Positions 28,692 to 42,600 of a DNA stretch of 64,000 nt are shown here, in pieces. The notes below the pieces were generated by a model, which was given only the letters and a program-made list of their open reading frames with translations, had not been told where the DNA came from and did not search any database. Both the position numbers and the translations under genes were made by a program. The DNA is taken from the NCBI GenBank assembly GCA_013239625.1, contig MU056050.1, positions 7,544,773-7,608,772 on the forward strand, given 5' to 3'. Source of the DNA: Lama guanicoe (taxonomy: Eukaryota). Within the stretch, counting starts at the first letter, position 1. Each line of letters starts with the position of its first letter.

Positions 28692-30189
28692 TTAATAGCA
28701 ATAACTCTTGTCACTTGCATAATAGCCATTGACAACTTGCAAAGCATTCTCATAGCCACCATCTCTGAGGTCAGAAAACGGTATTTCCACTTCCCAACAT
28801 AACTTCAACTAAGGCAGCATCTCAGTCTTAACCTTTTCTTTCCTCTTCTCCCCTAACCTTTTCTCTCAACCAGTATCTTCATCCAACTTTAGGGCTCTGA
28901 GGACGATCATAGGAACTGAATCTCAGAGAGAGAAAAAACTTGTACAAGGGACAGAGCTGGAACCTGAACTTTAGTCTGATGCCCTATTTCTCTTTAATAT
29001 TTACCTTTTTCTTATGTATAAAGGCAATTGATCACTGTGGAACATTTGAGGAGAAAGGAGACACCAACAAGTGTAAAGAAGAAAACATAATTCACTCTTA
29101 ATCCAGCCTCTCAGAGATAGCTGTCAATATTGGATCCATATTTCCTTCTAGCTTCTTTCTATGCAATTTGACATGCTTGAGATTCTGCTAAATATAAAAT
29201 TGTGTATTCCAATATGCTTTCTAGTGCATCATGATCTGTGTAATTCTCTTTTATACTATTAACCCCCAAGCATACCCTCTTCCAAACCCATGTAGGCTTC
29301 AAAACCCCCATTTGTCAAATAGGCTTTGTAGCAATGCCCCATCAGCCTCGTATAGCTGAAGTGAGGATCCTTTGAGATTCTAAAGGTAAGGGTATTTTGA
29401 AAATCTCAGCTGTGATATGTGTGATATGTCAAGAGCAGGACGTGGGGTTAAACCAGTGATAAACTACTCTGGCTTCTTCTCTAGTAAGCCCCTGTCCACT
29501 TGCTGGAGATGAACCTTTCCGTGAACCTCCTTGCTAAATACTCCTTTGGCTGTGTTCTCCCCCTCCCATCCTTTCCCCTTAAGTCCTCCCTCTCCTGTCT
29601 CCAGTCTAACCTCAGGTGACCCTTAAGCAATACCCTGCAAGAGAGAACAGGATTTGATGGTATTAAATAGAGAGCATGAATAGGTCATCTTGTACTTTTC
29701 CAAGCTGACAGTTTAAAAAAACCAAAATTTTCTCTCATATTTCCTTTTTTCCGTATTGAGTTAACTCTTGGTCTGTAAATATTTGTCTTAATGTTTCCAT
29801 AGATGACAGACACTTGAAGGTAGAAGTTCCAGTATTAAGAGTTCAAATCTGTATGGAATAAACTTCCTACAAATGTTCACCTACTGGAAGTTTACCCTTT
29901 CAGTGGTGGCACAGTTTTTCACTGAGGTGGGTGGAGTGGTGTGTGGCCACTGATAGCTTTGTCCTCAGTAGGAACTTAGATCATTAAGAATCATAGATTA
30001 ATGCTTCACTGAGCTATGCTTTTCTGGCATTGGAGTGGATAAAATTCAGATGATTAGGTAGCCTGAGGAGGGAAGGAAACAGAGTTCTCTCCCCCAGCTA
30101 TTCATGGCCTTTGTTTATCTAAAACTACAGTTATGTAGCCATTCATATTTATCTTCCACATCAAAGACTAATCCTATAGCACACAGCAG

Positions 30190-30440
30190 CATTTCCATAA
30201 GCTACATATATCAGAAGCACTTTAGTTGAGGCCTGAGAATCTGCATTTTAAAAGCATCCCAGGTGATGCGGATGCACATCAAAATTTAATCCTCAATGCT
30301 TCAGTCCCTGCAATGCCCTGTGAGAAAAAAAATTGACATCATGATTGAGGAAGTTTTAGACACAGTGCGTCCTGTGTCCGCCTCTTGGGAAAGTCATAAT
30401 ACACACTAGCATATTGAAAGCTTTAAGAAGTCTTCTTTAA
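30190..30440. mobile_element. hAT-Charlie-type DNA transposon relics (MER5-like and an adjacent fragment)
   Basis: ggcctgagaatctgcattttaaaagcatcccaggtgatgcggatgca. Confidence 0.6.
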
Positions 30441-30547
30441 GGAAACAATCTTATGTCCACTAATATAAGATTAAATAAATTATGATACAGATACAATAAA
30501 CTCTTATGGTATTTTTTTTTCAATGAGATAGACCTCAGATTTCTGAG

Positions 30548-30790
30548 AGGCAGCATGGTGTAGATGTTACAAGCAGAGGCTCTGGAACTAGAGGGGCCTG
30601 AACTCAAATCCAACCTATGTCATTTAATTACTATGTGATCTTGAGAAGTTCTCTGAGTATGTTTTCTTTTCTCTACAATGAGGATAGTACCCATCTCATG
30701 GGGTTACTGTGAGTTTTAAATGAAGTAAAACATGAAATGTTTTTAGCATTTACTTGGCACATGGAAAATGCTCAATAAATTTTATGATCA
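30548..30790 (+). mobile_element. MIR lying between old L1ME-like 3'UTR fragments (about 30450-31010)
   Basis: aggcagcatggtgtagatgttacaagcagaggctctggaa...tggcacatggaaaatgctcaataaat. Confidence 0.75.
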
Positions 30791-31149
30791 TTGACATGAG
30801 AAGGTGCCCATTGCCATATTGTTAAATAAAAAGCAAGGCCAAGAACAATATATATAACATACTTTCACTTGTGTATATAATTTATATAACAAATACTGTC
30901 ACTTATATAAATAATCATTCATATAATAAAAATCTCATAGAAAAACAAGTGTAGAAGGATACTTACTATTCTTTTAATAGATTACCTTTGGGATTAGAAG
31001 TTGAGAAGGAGTCAGACTGAATCCTAGTATGGCCTGGACAATGAGGAATATTCAAGTGGGAGCAGGGTTCTCTCCTGTTTTTAGAGAGGCAACTCTGGCT
31101 ACATTTAGCTTTTTTTTTTTTTTTTTGGCCAGCGTCACCATTATTCTGA

Positions 31150-31700
31150 CTCATCGACCTGTCTGCCTGCTGACCCACTCTGCCTTCTGCACCCTGATGG
31201 CTGCTCTGTATATAAACCTGTCTTTGTACATGTGAATTTTGGACTTTTAGTGCTGGACATTGCATTTCACAGGGGTCAGCCAATGTTCCAGGCTACTGAT
31301 ACTATTTTGTACCCTCCTTCTCACTTCTAATCTGTCAGTTGGACCCTTTAGCTTCCAAACATCCTCATTCTCAGAAAGGATGCAGTCTTGATCTTTGTGT
31401 GAGCCATGGATAATAATGATGTCTTGATTGGGGCTGATGTAGAGACTTGTGACCTGTCACTAAAGACCCTGACCTACATATCAGCAGTCTCCTGCTAGCT
31501 CTGCTGCCTGTATTTCTTCACTTGATCTACAAAGGGCCTATGAAAGCCTAAGTCAAAAGCCTTGTTAAAGTCCAGATGCATCCTGTCTACAACATACTCC
31601 TGATCCACAAGCCTTGTAACCTTATCAGAAGAGTAAATTAAGTTAGTTCTGCCATGACTTGTTTTCCTAAAGGCCCTACTTAGTGTTATTACTATAAGAG
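31150..31700 (-). mobile_element. CR1/L3 LINE RT fragment
   Basis: Minus strand 31550-31665 reads KSWQN, then after a frameshift LIYSSDKVTRLVDQEYVVDRMHLDFNKAFD, matching the CR1 motif KSCQTNLISFFD...YLDFSKAFD. Confidence 0.8.
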
Positions 31701-32071
31701 ATTTGATTTGAGCCCAATTGTGGTTTCAGTTTAGACATATTTACTGTATTTTCCTACCTGCTCAGTGTCCCTCCCTGTCCCCCCAAGGCCTGCCTGGTGG
31801 CTGGAGTTAACTGGATATATAAATTCATGCAATAAGTACTAATGGAAAACAAGGGTTTATATGTATTGTTTGCAATGTAGCACCAAGAAAGACTTACCCA
31901 CAAAGTAGAAATGTTGACCATACATGCGAATTTTGGATTCTTAGTGATTGCCATTGCATTGTGATAGATGGAGGGCATAATTTGGGTACAGAAGGATTTT
32001 GATGTTCTTAGTACTGCAACAGGAAGATTCCTTACCATTCTACCTGTGACCTGAACTTAGTAATCAAGGAC

Positions 32072-32543
32072 AATATTAGTTTCATATGGCTGCTGTAACA
32101 AGTTACCACAAACTTTGTGGCTCAACACAACAGAAATTTATTATCTCACAGTGTAGATACCAGAAGTCTGACACCAGTTTCATTGGACCAAGATCAAAGT
32201 GTTGGCAGGCCCACTCTCCCTCTGCAGGATCTAGGAGAGATTATATTCTTTGCCTCTTCCAGTTTATGGTAGTTGCTGGCATTCCTTGGGTTGTGGCCAC
32301 ATCACTTCAATTTCTGCATCCCTGATCATACTGCCTTCTCCTCTTCTTCTATCTATAATCACCCTCTGACTCAGTGATAAAAACACTTGTGATTGAATTC
32401 AGGGCCCAGTCGGATAATCCAAGATAGTCTCTCTATCTTGAGATCCTTAACTTACTCGCATCTGCAGTCTCATTTAAGGAAATATTCAAAGGTTCTGGGG
32501 ATTAGAGTGTGGGTATTTGGGGGGCATTATTCAACCTGCCACA
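32072..32543 (-). mobile_element. MaLR solo LTR (MLT1C/D-like)
   Basis: tattagtttcatatggctgctgtaacaagttaccacaaact...ggggggcattattcaacctgccaca. Confidence 0.88.
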
Positions 32544-35499
32544 AAGACTAATACCAAATAACTAATGCTCTCCCCTGTAATACTTCTCTCAGCTCCTTGG
32601 TTTATCTAAGTATGAAGCAGATAATTGGAGTAGAGAAAAGCAAAATATTGTAGAAGACGTGACTACCCTTCTTTCCCTCTTTTGGCCCCTGATAGTATGT
32701 CCAGTCATGGATCTGTTCATGTACCTGCTCAGGTCAAGAGCGTACCCTGCTGGGAAGTAGTGCAGTATAATCCACTCCCGAAATTCATCTTTGCCAGTTT
32801 TCACTCATTTAGGTGGCTTTTGACCTCCACAGCATAATTGCTGATGCAGGTTGAAACTTTAACAGGGGGAAAGATTGATTGGCTCACCAATAACATTTGT
32901 CTCTAGTGCTGGCAGTGAGTGCAGAGGAGCCATTTATGCAATCTAATTATTACATCAGTTGGGGGATGGAGTAACGTTTCCCAAATGCCATTTGGCATCT
33001 GGAGAGCTGCAAATCAGCACTACCATATAAGAAACATTAATATAGACCATTGACTGCGTTCATTGATCCCACCCCCTTCTCCCTCCCACCTTTGGCTTAT
33101 TATTTTGGTTAGGAATGAAATGCAAAAGAACTCCTTTTCCTCTTCCAGATGCCATGTTCGGACAGGGGACCAGATTGATTATTTGTCTTTTACAATTAAA
33201 TGTACTTAAGGAATGATGTGCATTTCTGAATTTCTGGCTCTTTTCCTGACCTTGTGTCATTCAAAATATTCATGGTCAGTGGGAATGAGATCTGCACTCC
33301 AAAGGAATCTGAAATAGGCAAGAGGGAAGAGTAATGGGCAAAGATGTATTGTCATCTTTGCATCCTGGGCTATGGAATACATACTCAGAGCTGTTCACCA
33401 AGCCCTTTGTGCTCATTGTTACAAGAGCTCCTTGGTGTCAAAGAGCTGTAAGCCCCTTTATTTTTTAATGATGCTTTTTTATCCGTAACTATGGTTTGGC
33501 ATTAGCCTCAACAGAATGCAGGGCCCTATGGACTAAGTAAGGAAAGAGGATGTTATGATATTGGGGAGGTTTATTATATCCCTCTTTCCTCCTCACTCCC
33601 CTTCCTCAAATACTTCTCCCTCTTGTAGGCAGAACCCTGAAATATCTTTACCAACAGACAAAGACTTTCATTCCACAGTTGGAGTGGGGGAAGATTAAAA
33701 ATAGATTAAAATGTAGCTAAGCCCAGCAATAAGAAACATATATACTTAAATTTATACTAAAGAGTAAATGACTGCTATCACAGACTCCTGGATCGTCTTT
33801 CAGATTTGAAAAGGGCTTTAGAGCCCCTATCCCAAACTCCTTATTTTGAAGAGAGAATTGAGAATTGATTCACCCAAGATCTTACAGCAATTTTGTAGCA
33901 AATTCTTCTTTGAAAGAAAGTTTTAATAGGAGGGTACCTTAAGGGCATCGAAGAAAGACATTTCTGATTGGCTTTACCAAGGGCCAGTTCTGGAGCATTT
34001 CAAAGCCAGCTATAACATCAGATCAATCACTAAAGGACATAGTCTATCCTAATGCTCAAAATACACTCGTCCCTTGACCCTGTCCTGGTGATATTCACCA
34101 AAGGTCTATGTGTGTTATTCCTCTTTGTCCCCTATGCTTGCCACATTAAAGGCACTCAGCAGGTGTTTGATGAATGACTAAATGTTTCCAGAAATAAGGA
34201 AGGCTTCAGACTGAGCCTTCTATACTCTCTCACTCTGTCTCCTGTGTAAACATTGCTAAAATGGCTTCCCAGGTTTGGGGTGCGGCCTTGGGTGGCACTA
34301 ATATTAGTGGTCAGGAAGCAAAGTGAAAGCTACCCAGTCTACTGAGGGTTAAACCTACAATCTTAGCCTTCCTTGAAGCATGCAAGGAATTGGTCAGACT
34401 GCAGTCTAAGATGTAAAAAGAAAAGGTGGGGTCCATGTGCTCTTGGAATCCAGAGCTACTAGGTCTATCTCTGGGCAATGTGGGCATCCTAAGGCAGGAA
34501 ATGCAGCTTCTTATTGGGAGCCAGCATATTTCTTCAGTGAACTTCTCTTACTCTCTTGTGGGGATCTCTTCAGGGTGTGGTTTAGGCTACAGGCAAAGAA
34601 TAGAGAGGGCACCATAGGGTTTTGGAGGAACCACTTGGATACTCATGGCTTGTGGGAAGGAAGTAACAAGGGTTTCACCTGTTAGGATTTGCCCTTAGCT
34701 TTAATCCTACAGTGCCCACTCTCACCAGTTCTACCTGCTTGTTCTCTCCCTTTGCCAGTTCACCTACACTCACCTGCAGGGGATGGCCCTGGGCATGGCT
34801 CCTGGCCCCCAGCATGCCTACCTCTCATCGGGCTGCCTTGATTAGGTCCCACTGCTCATGCCTTCTGTGCTTTGTGGCAAAAGTTTTCAATCAGGGATGA
34901 CAATGGGGAGACAGGGCAGCCCCTGATGGAGGGCTACCCATCAGCCTCAGAGGAAAACAGGATCCAGCAGCCGAGCACACTTCTGTTAGCTGACGGCTCA
35001 GCATTGGCTGAGAGTCCAGAGAGCCTTCATTTGGCCTGAACCAATGAAAAGGAGCCAAAGATGCAGTCTCTCTGGCCATTAAAGAGATACTTCCACCTAT
35101 GATTGGCCCCAGGGTACTTCACCTCAGGGTTCTCCTATTGGCTTGGAATAGCATGCTGGCAGCCAGGGCATCCTGTGGTGAGCAGGCACCTACGTAGGCA
35201 TGCAGTCAGGCATAGCCTGCTGTTGGGCACTCAGGAGAGAGGCAGATAGAGGAGGAGATATCAAGATCCTCCCCTCTGCTTAACTGGTGACATCTTGGGG
35301 GCCCACCCATTTCTCCTTTCTGTGCCTCTCCCCTCGGGCTGGGCGTGCTCGCTCTCCTGGTCCCATTCCCCAAAGGACTTCGATTCCCAGGTATGGTGGT
35401 GACTGGCAACACAAGGGTAAGAAGTAGCCTTTTCTCAGGATTATTTGCATTGTCTTAGGGGATTCCTGAAATATGAAAGACTGTGATAGTCTAAAGAAA

Positions 35500-35700
35500 T
35501 CATAGATTCATAGAATTTTTGTGCCAAAAAGGGAACTTTGGAATAGTTCCCATTTTACAGATGAGGAAGAAAAATGAGGTGAACTCAGAGAGGTAATGGA
35601 ATTTGGTCAAAGTCATATAGCTAATTAGTGGCAAGTCTCCTGACCATAGGCAAGGGCACCTTCTGACACAAATGGATCTAGAACTGTGGTATTTCATGTA
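35500..35700 (-). mobile_element. MIR core
   Basis: cccattttacagatgaggaagaaaaatgaggtgaactcagagaggtaatggaatttggtcaaagtcatatagct. Confidence 0.75.
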
Positions 35701-37842
35701 AGGGTACATTTCTATAGTTTTTCAAAGCACAGGTTTTCTGCCCCTGAGAAACCCCTAGTCCCACTGGGGAGCTCTTCAGACCACATATGTGTGGCTTAAT
35801 TAACTTTCTCAATGAGTCTTCAGCTGTGTCTTCAGTGGTTGGAGAAGGAGGCTTGTGTCATAAGCATTCTCTCATTTTTCTCTTCTTGTGATTACCAACC
35901 CACAGTAGTGATTTGGCTGTTACCAGGGCTCTGGAATCATGTAATCAGCTATCTCCATAGGAAGTTGTCCAACTGGGGACTCTAGTCACTAGCACCATGG
36001 TGTTTGAACCATCACTGCTTGAGATGCAACAAATAAGCAAGTCAGTTACTAAATTGAAAGAGGTCTGAGCCTAAGCTAATGCCATATTAATATGAGTGCT
36101 TCATTTTTCATATGTTTATCCTCCAAATCCCTTTGAGGTTAGAGACCTGGGTTTATTTGTTCATATGTAAGATTAGCCCCTGGAGAGTCCTGAAATCCTG
36201 GCCATGGGTACCTCTGTATCATTAACAACAACAAAGCATAAGGGGAATTTGATTGTTCAGTCCAACTTCCCTCAATTGCTTGTTTTTTTTTTTTTTGATA
36301 CTCCTTCTTTCCTCATTCTCCTTTTCTTATCCTCCATCGGGCAACATAAGTCCTGCCTTCTCTGGCAGACTTCCTTCACTACTGTTGTCCACATCAATCT
36401 CTCCCTCCTTTGGATTCTTACTGTCCTTCCAGCCTATCCTAAGAAATGACATTTAATTGTATTCCATTTTATATTGTTCAATATCGGTTTCATGCCATTA
36501 GTCTCATCTTCTTAACCAGATTGTAAGTTCCATAAGGGCAAAGTACACATTTTATACTTTTTAGTGTGTCTCTCAATGCCTGGTAGATATTCGAATTAGA
36601 GTAGAATCATAGCTTTTGTAATGATGTGGAAATACAATATACTTAAGTGTGTAACTCAAAATACAAAACTCTACAATCACGATTATATAGAGAAATGGAA
36701 AATAAAACAAGCAAGCAAAAAGGACAAACAGTCAAGTGTGCAAGAGGTAAGGTGATAAGTGAGTGTAAACTTCCACATATTTATCTAATTTCCAAAAATT
36801 TCAACAAGGAATGCGCATTTCTTTTATGAGAAACAATAAGCATTTTTAAAAGATAATAAAAGATTCATGGGTGCTGAAAACTAGAGCAGGAAGAGAACGT
36901 AGAGATCATGTAAGTCCTGTCCCCTTGTTTTAAGGTTGAAAAGCCTCAGGCATTGCTATAGGAGATAGTGAGCTAGTAACTCCTAGTCTCCACTTTCTAG
37001 GAGAAAACAGCCCAAGTGTCTTAGAGCTCTGAGACTGAGCCTAACATCTCGTTGAATTCCTCTTCCTCTTTGGGTTTCCCCTCTAGGCATTGGTCCTGGA
37101 AGTAGCTGCATGGTTTTATCCTGCTGAATTTTCCCATGATTCCTTGGGGTCTCCTGGTTGGTGGAGCCTGAAGATTTGGCTTTGACTCATGCTCTAGTCC
37201 CTTGCTAGTCCCTTCTGGAACTCCCTGCTTTGCCTCTGGAACATCTCAGTACAACAGGATAGAGTACGCCTGCCTCCAGGTGATTTGAGGTAAAAACACC
37301 TATCTCTGCCCTTAAGTAGCAATATAAACTCCATGCACTCTGAGTACTTCCTGGGTAGGGCGATTTGAAACTCACTACCACTGAATACTTTGCAAAGCAT
37401 GGTTGAAAGCAGTATTATTTAAGGAGAATCAGCTGAAGATACATGTATCCCATCCATTCTTTCACATTGGACCCAGCATAATAGCTTCAGATACTTGCCA
37501 TGCCCATATTTTATTTCTAATTAGGCCTACTTCACCCACAGCTCTATAGTCAGGAAAAAGGCTGGTGGATTTATGCACACAAGTGGCCACTGATTGGTCC
37601 AGGGTGGCCACCTGAGCTGCGGCAGGTCATCCATTATGTGGTGGCAGACTTGTGTGGTGGATTTTTCTAATAGTGTTCCTCTTACCAGCAATGGATTCTA
37701 ACGTGCCCACAATTGAGTATCCTTGGTTAAATAAAACTATGAAGACTTTTGTTAAGTGCACATTTGTTACTTATTTAGGAGGATAAACATATGTAATGTA
37801 TTGCATCCATCCATCCACCAAACAAGCATGGGGTTCCTACTA

Positions 37843-38156
37843 CAGATCATTAGCCCTTATTTGTACTTCCAAATCCACAAAGCTCTGAAAAAAATTTCTT
37901 ACAAGTTTGATGCTAAAACTCATTTTAACTCATGTTAAAATATTAGTAGTCTTTATTTGTCTCACTTAGTATGAATATTCATGTATTTTATAACAGAAAT
38001 ATTCATGTATTTGGTTATGGGAAACTATGCTACAACCTGCTAGAGGTATTATGTAATATAGGAAAATACACAGGAATACCTTGACAAAATCTCCCAAATT
38101 CTCAGTTATGAAACATATCTGGCCCCAAAGGTTTTGGATAAGGCACTTTAGCCCTG
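37843..38156. mobile_element. Non-autonomous Tc1/mariner (Tigger-like) DNA transposon
   Basis: TA on both sides (37841-37842 and 38157-38158); imperfect TIRs cagatcattagcccttat and ataaggcactttagccctg. Confidence 0.65.
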
Positions 38157-38719
38157 TAAGGTATGGGGCTAAGGTGGGGGTAGATACCCTAACTGAGTCG
38201 GCCAGGAGCAGAGGAAGCTGCACAGTGAAGGGAGTAGATATTCAAGTCTTTGGAGAGGGAGGGCTTGCTGAGGTTCCAGCCAAGGAACCCCAGTTGGGTC
38301 CCTCAGTCATTGGTCCAAAGGGCATGAACAAAGCTGAAAACAGAAGACAAAATGAAGACTCAGGAGAAAATATAATTGAAATGGAACAGGAATAGTTTAA
38401 GAATGGGAGGAATGAGAAAGGGTCTAGATAGTAGCAGGCACAGTATCTGTTGACTATTGGCTTTGGCTGATAAATTTGACTATTTGATTTGTCAATTGTC
38501 TGGCAGCTGTTTAGGTACAAGTGTGGGTCAGTCTGGCATTAAAGATGGAGAATTGTGACAGATGGATACAGAGAGGAATGGGACACAATCTTGGCTCTCT
38601 CTTTCTCTTAAGTCTAGAATCCCATTAGCTGGAGGCAGGGTCCTGAGAGGATGCATAGAACTTGCAATCACATTAGCCTGAGACAAAGGTGTCTTTAGCT
38701 TTTTCCTACCTTTGTATTT

Positions 38720-39690
38720 GTAAAGCTTTTTACTTGCATGTGTGTGTGAAATATACCACACATAAAGAAGAAGACATAAATCATAAATGTGCAGCTTAGT
38801 CAATGAAATACCACCACTAATTATAACCCAATCAAAAAGTAGAATATCATCAGCACCCCTGATGCTCACCTTGTGTCCCTTCCCTAATCACAACTCTTTT
38901 CCCACCTCCTAAAAGTTACTATTCTAACTCTTACATAAATCACTTCTGTGATTTTATTTATACTTGTGCTCCTTAGTATGTATCCCTAAACACTATAGTT
39001 CTACCAGTTATTGATTTTTATATAATGATTAACTATGTACTCTCTTGTGTATGGCTACTTTCATTCAGCATTATGTTTGTGAGATTCATCCATGCTAATG
39101 CTATTGCAGGAAGCTTATTTTGTTCCTTCTCATTGCTGTATAATATTTCCTTCTGTGAATATGCCACAATTTATGCATTCTACTGTAATGGGCATATGAA
39201 CCGTTTTCTGTTTGGAGCTATTATGACTAATATTACTGTGGATATTTTTGTTTGACTTTTGGTGCACATGTGCATGCATTTCTGTTGGTAGTGGGATCAC
39301 TGAGTCATAGGGGCTGCATATGTTCCTTTGGTACATGCTGCTAAACAGTTTTCCAAAGTGTTATACCAATTTACACTCTTCCATTGCTCCAAATTATTAT
39401 CAACACTTAGTGTTGTCAGCTTTTTAAATTGTAATCATTCTGGTGGGTGTGTGGTGGTATCTCACTGAGGTTTAATTGGCATTTCTCTGGTGACTAATAA
39501 AGTTGAACATATGTTTATTGGCCTTTTGGATATACTCTTTTTCCTTTTTAAATATTTTGCCCACTTTTTTCCTGCTTGATTGTCTGCCCTTTTCTTATTC
39601 ATTTGTAGAGGTTCTTTATGCATTCTAGATGCAAGCTCTTTATCTTTTATATGTATTACAAATAAATTCTCCAGTACTGGGATTCTCATT
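38720..39690 (-). mobile_element. Old L1MC/ME 3' portion
   Basis: tcttgtgtatggctactttcattcagcattatgtttgtgagattcatccatg; ORF remnant KKWAKYLKR. Confidence 0.85.
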
Positions 39691-42600
39691 TAATACTTTT
39701 GAGTCTTATTTTCTTCCTCTAATTTCCATTAGATTCTCAGGGCCCAAATGACCCCCATTTTCCTAAGGCTTTAACAAGCTCACACAAGCCCTGGGGGACA
39801 CCTCGCTAACACTGCAAGACTGTTTCCTTCACCTTCTCTTCCTTTTTCTGTCTCTCCCTCCAACTGATCTTCCCTACCCCTGTCTTTCTTCCTTCCTACC
39901 TTTTGATTTTTCCCATTCTTGGGGGGCTGCTTATTATTCACAGGATGAATGGAAACAATCTTACTTCAGCCATGGTGCCAAGATTGTCAAATTTGCCATG
40001 TGCTACTCATAGATCAGAAAATCTTCACTCTGGAAAGCACTTGGAGATGATGTAGTTTTCTCTTTAATGATGAGGAATCGAATGCCCAGAGAAATTAAGG
40101 GACTTGCCCAAGGTGGGAAATTATAGGACTTGCCCAGGGTCATACTGCAAGTTCGTGGCCAATCTTGGACTAGAATCTGTGCCTTTTGCATGTGTGTCCC
40201 AGCTTTTCCCACTCCACTATGCTAAGAAAGACCAGGGCATGCAGCTGTACATTGACAAGAGTATATTTTTTGCTTTTGAAAATAAGTGTTGTCTGTGTCT
40301 GTGTAACAACGTAGTCGGTAGAGACTATGGCTCATGTCTGTCTGGACCCAAGTTGAGAGATCACAGCACCTTTGCTACTTTCCCATCTCCTGGCTGTCAA
40401 AGCCTGAAGGACAACAAATGGCTTGAGTAATGAGATGAGTTAAGATAGTGTCTCCCACGCTGAATTATGTGCCAGTTCCAGGATTACAGGATTCTGCCAC
40501 AATCCATTTACACAAGAAATTAAATTGAAGATCTCAATGTAATATTCATATATTAAATCCTGGCGGACAATCAAAGTAATTAAGGCCAAATGCTCTGAAT
40601 CATCCTGTGGCATCACGAACATTCTATTGCTGGGTTTTTAGAAGGACTTATTTCTATAACCAATTATCTTGGAAATCATTAAGGCTCTTTTGGAATGTGA
40701 ATAATTTGAAAGCCACCACGGTACCCAGTACTACTCAAACCTGTTTGCACCCATGAGAGAATTCTGCTAGATAGGGGTATAGAGTGGGCAAGCAAAGTCT
40801 GATTTCAAGAAGCTGGAGTTAAAGGATAGGAACCAGTCTCTGACCAACCCCTTCACTATGTTTTTTAAAAGGAGTGAATATATTTCATCTTAAATTGAAG
40901 GAAGTTAAACTGATGTAGGCTACTGAGCTAACCCCAGCCACAGACTGATCTGCTTGATGTGCAGCTTTGTCACTCTTACAAATATATGCTACTAATAAAA
41001 AAAAAAGAATTTGGGGAATGAGGATGGCTCTATGTAGCTACACAGTGATGAACCGGGCTGACCTTCAGACCTACCCCCACCAATGGATCACTTTGTTTCT
41101 TAAAGCCTCTCCAGATACCCTCATAGCATAGTCCTTGATCTTCATAGCTTCCCTTTGTGCACATCTCTGCTACAGCATTCCTGATAAAGTCCTCAAGTTA
41201 TTGGTTGGTTCCCTTCTGGAATGTATGACCCTCAAGGGCAGGGCTTTGTCTAAACCTCTCTAGTGTCCCTACATTGGACCTAGTACATGCTTCAGAAAAG
41301 GTGCTTGGTGTATGGTTGGTGAATGGATCAAAGACCAAATAAACAAAAGAATGAACGACCAAGAAAACAAACTTACACAAATGTATCTCTGGAAATGACA
41401 GGGTTAGTGCCATGGCAGCAGCAAAGAGAGGAATGAATCTTCCCTTCTCTTTCAGTAAATGCCTTAATTCTCTCAAAAGAAAAAAACCACAAACAAACAA
41501 TGCTCTCAAACTATCACCACAAATGAAACCCTATCACCAAGAATGTGTAACTAAAAGATAAATAAAAAATATTAAGTTATCCTATGCTTTTTAGAGTTGC
41601 ACTTAGAAAACAATCAGGTTATTTTACCTGAACTAATTACAAGACTTCCAAGCATCTTGAATACTGCATACAGAAAAAGGTCTCTGATTCATCAGTTTTG
41701 ACAGTGGGAATAATTAAAAGTGTGCATATACTGTAATATTCCTACCAAATTATTTCTTCTCGTAAATATTTATCCATAGCTGAAGTTTGTTGATGCAGCA
41801 TCAGTATTTCTCGGCATTAGTGCATATACTGCCCCCCTGACTGTTCATAAATAAGATATTTGAGAGATATTTGACTGTATCTTGTTCATGTCTGTATCCC
41901 TAGCTGTAGCACAGAACTTGGCACCAAGAAAGAACTCATTGTAGAATGAATGAATAAATAAATAAATGAATAGTAAGTGAGACAGAGGCACCAAGGGATG
42001 TTTCCCATCATCAAGGTAGAGCTGCACAAAGCAAGCCCCATTCACTTAGGTTCTCTTTGTGATCACTTGGCTACATTATTTCTGAGCTTCTAAGCCAACT
42101 TAATTCACCCATCCAAGCACTATGCTCCTTTCAAAAGCAGTTGTCTTACCCCTCCATGTGCCCAACATGATCCAGAGGGGTTGTACATTCTGGGTGTCAG
42201 CCTGAGCCAGATGAACACACCAACAACTATCTGTGGCTTTCCTGGGAGGGCATCTTAAACCTGCATGTTTCACATCATTGTAGGTCTACCAGACAGTGTC
42301 GGAAACCATGCCAAGAAATATTGATACTGCACAAAATCAATAAACTGGGACCATGGCTAAATATTTATTGGGGCAGACAGTGACGCTGTGTTTGCTCGGA
42401 AAATTCAATCAAGTTTTGTCCAATTACTGCAGGTTTAGATTTGAACGAATTAGTTCTTAGTCATAAAATCCTAGAATGTCAGAGCTGGAAGGACCCTTAG
42501 AAGTCATCCAGCCCTGTGTAACTCTGAGATTTTCAAACTTTTGTTTTGCAAGAAATACTTTTTATCCAGTGAAATCTTACGGTGCTCCTCTCATTTCAAG

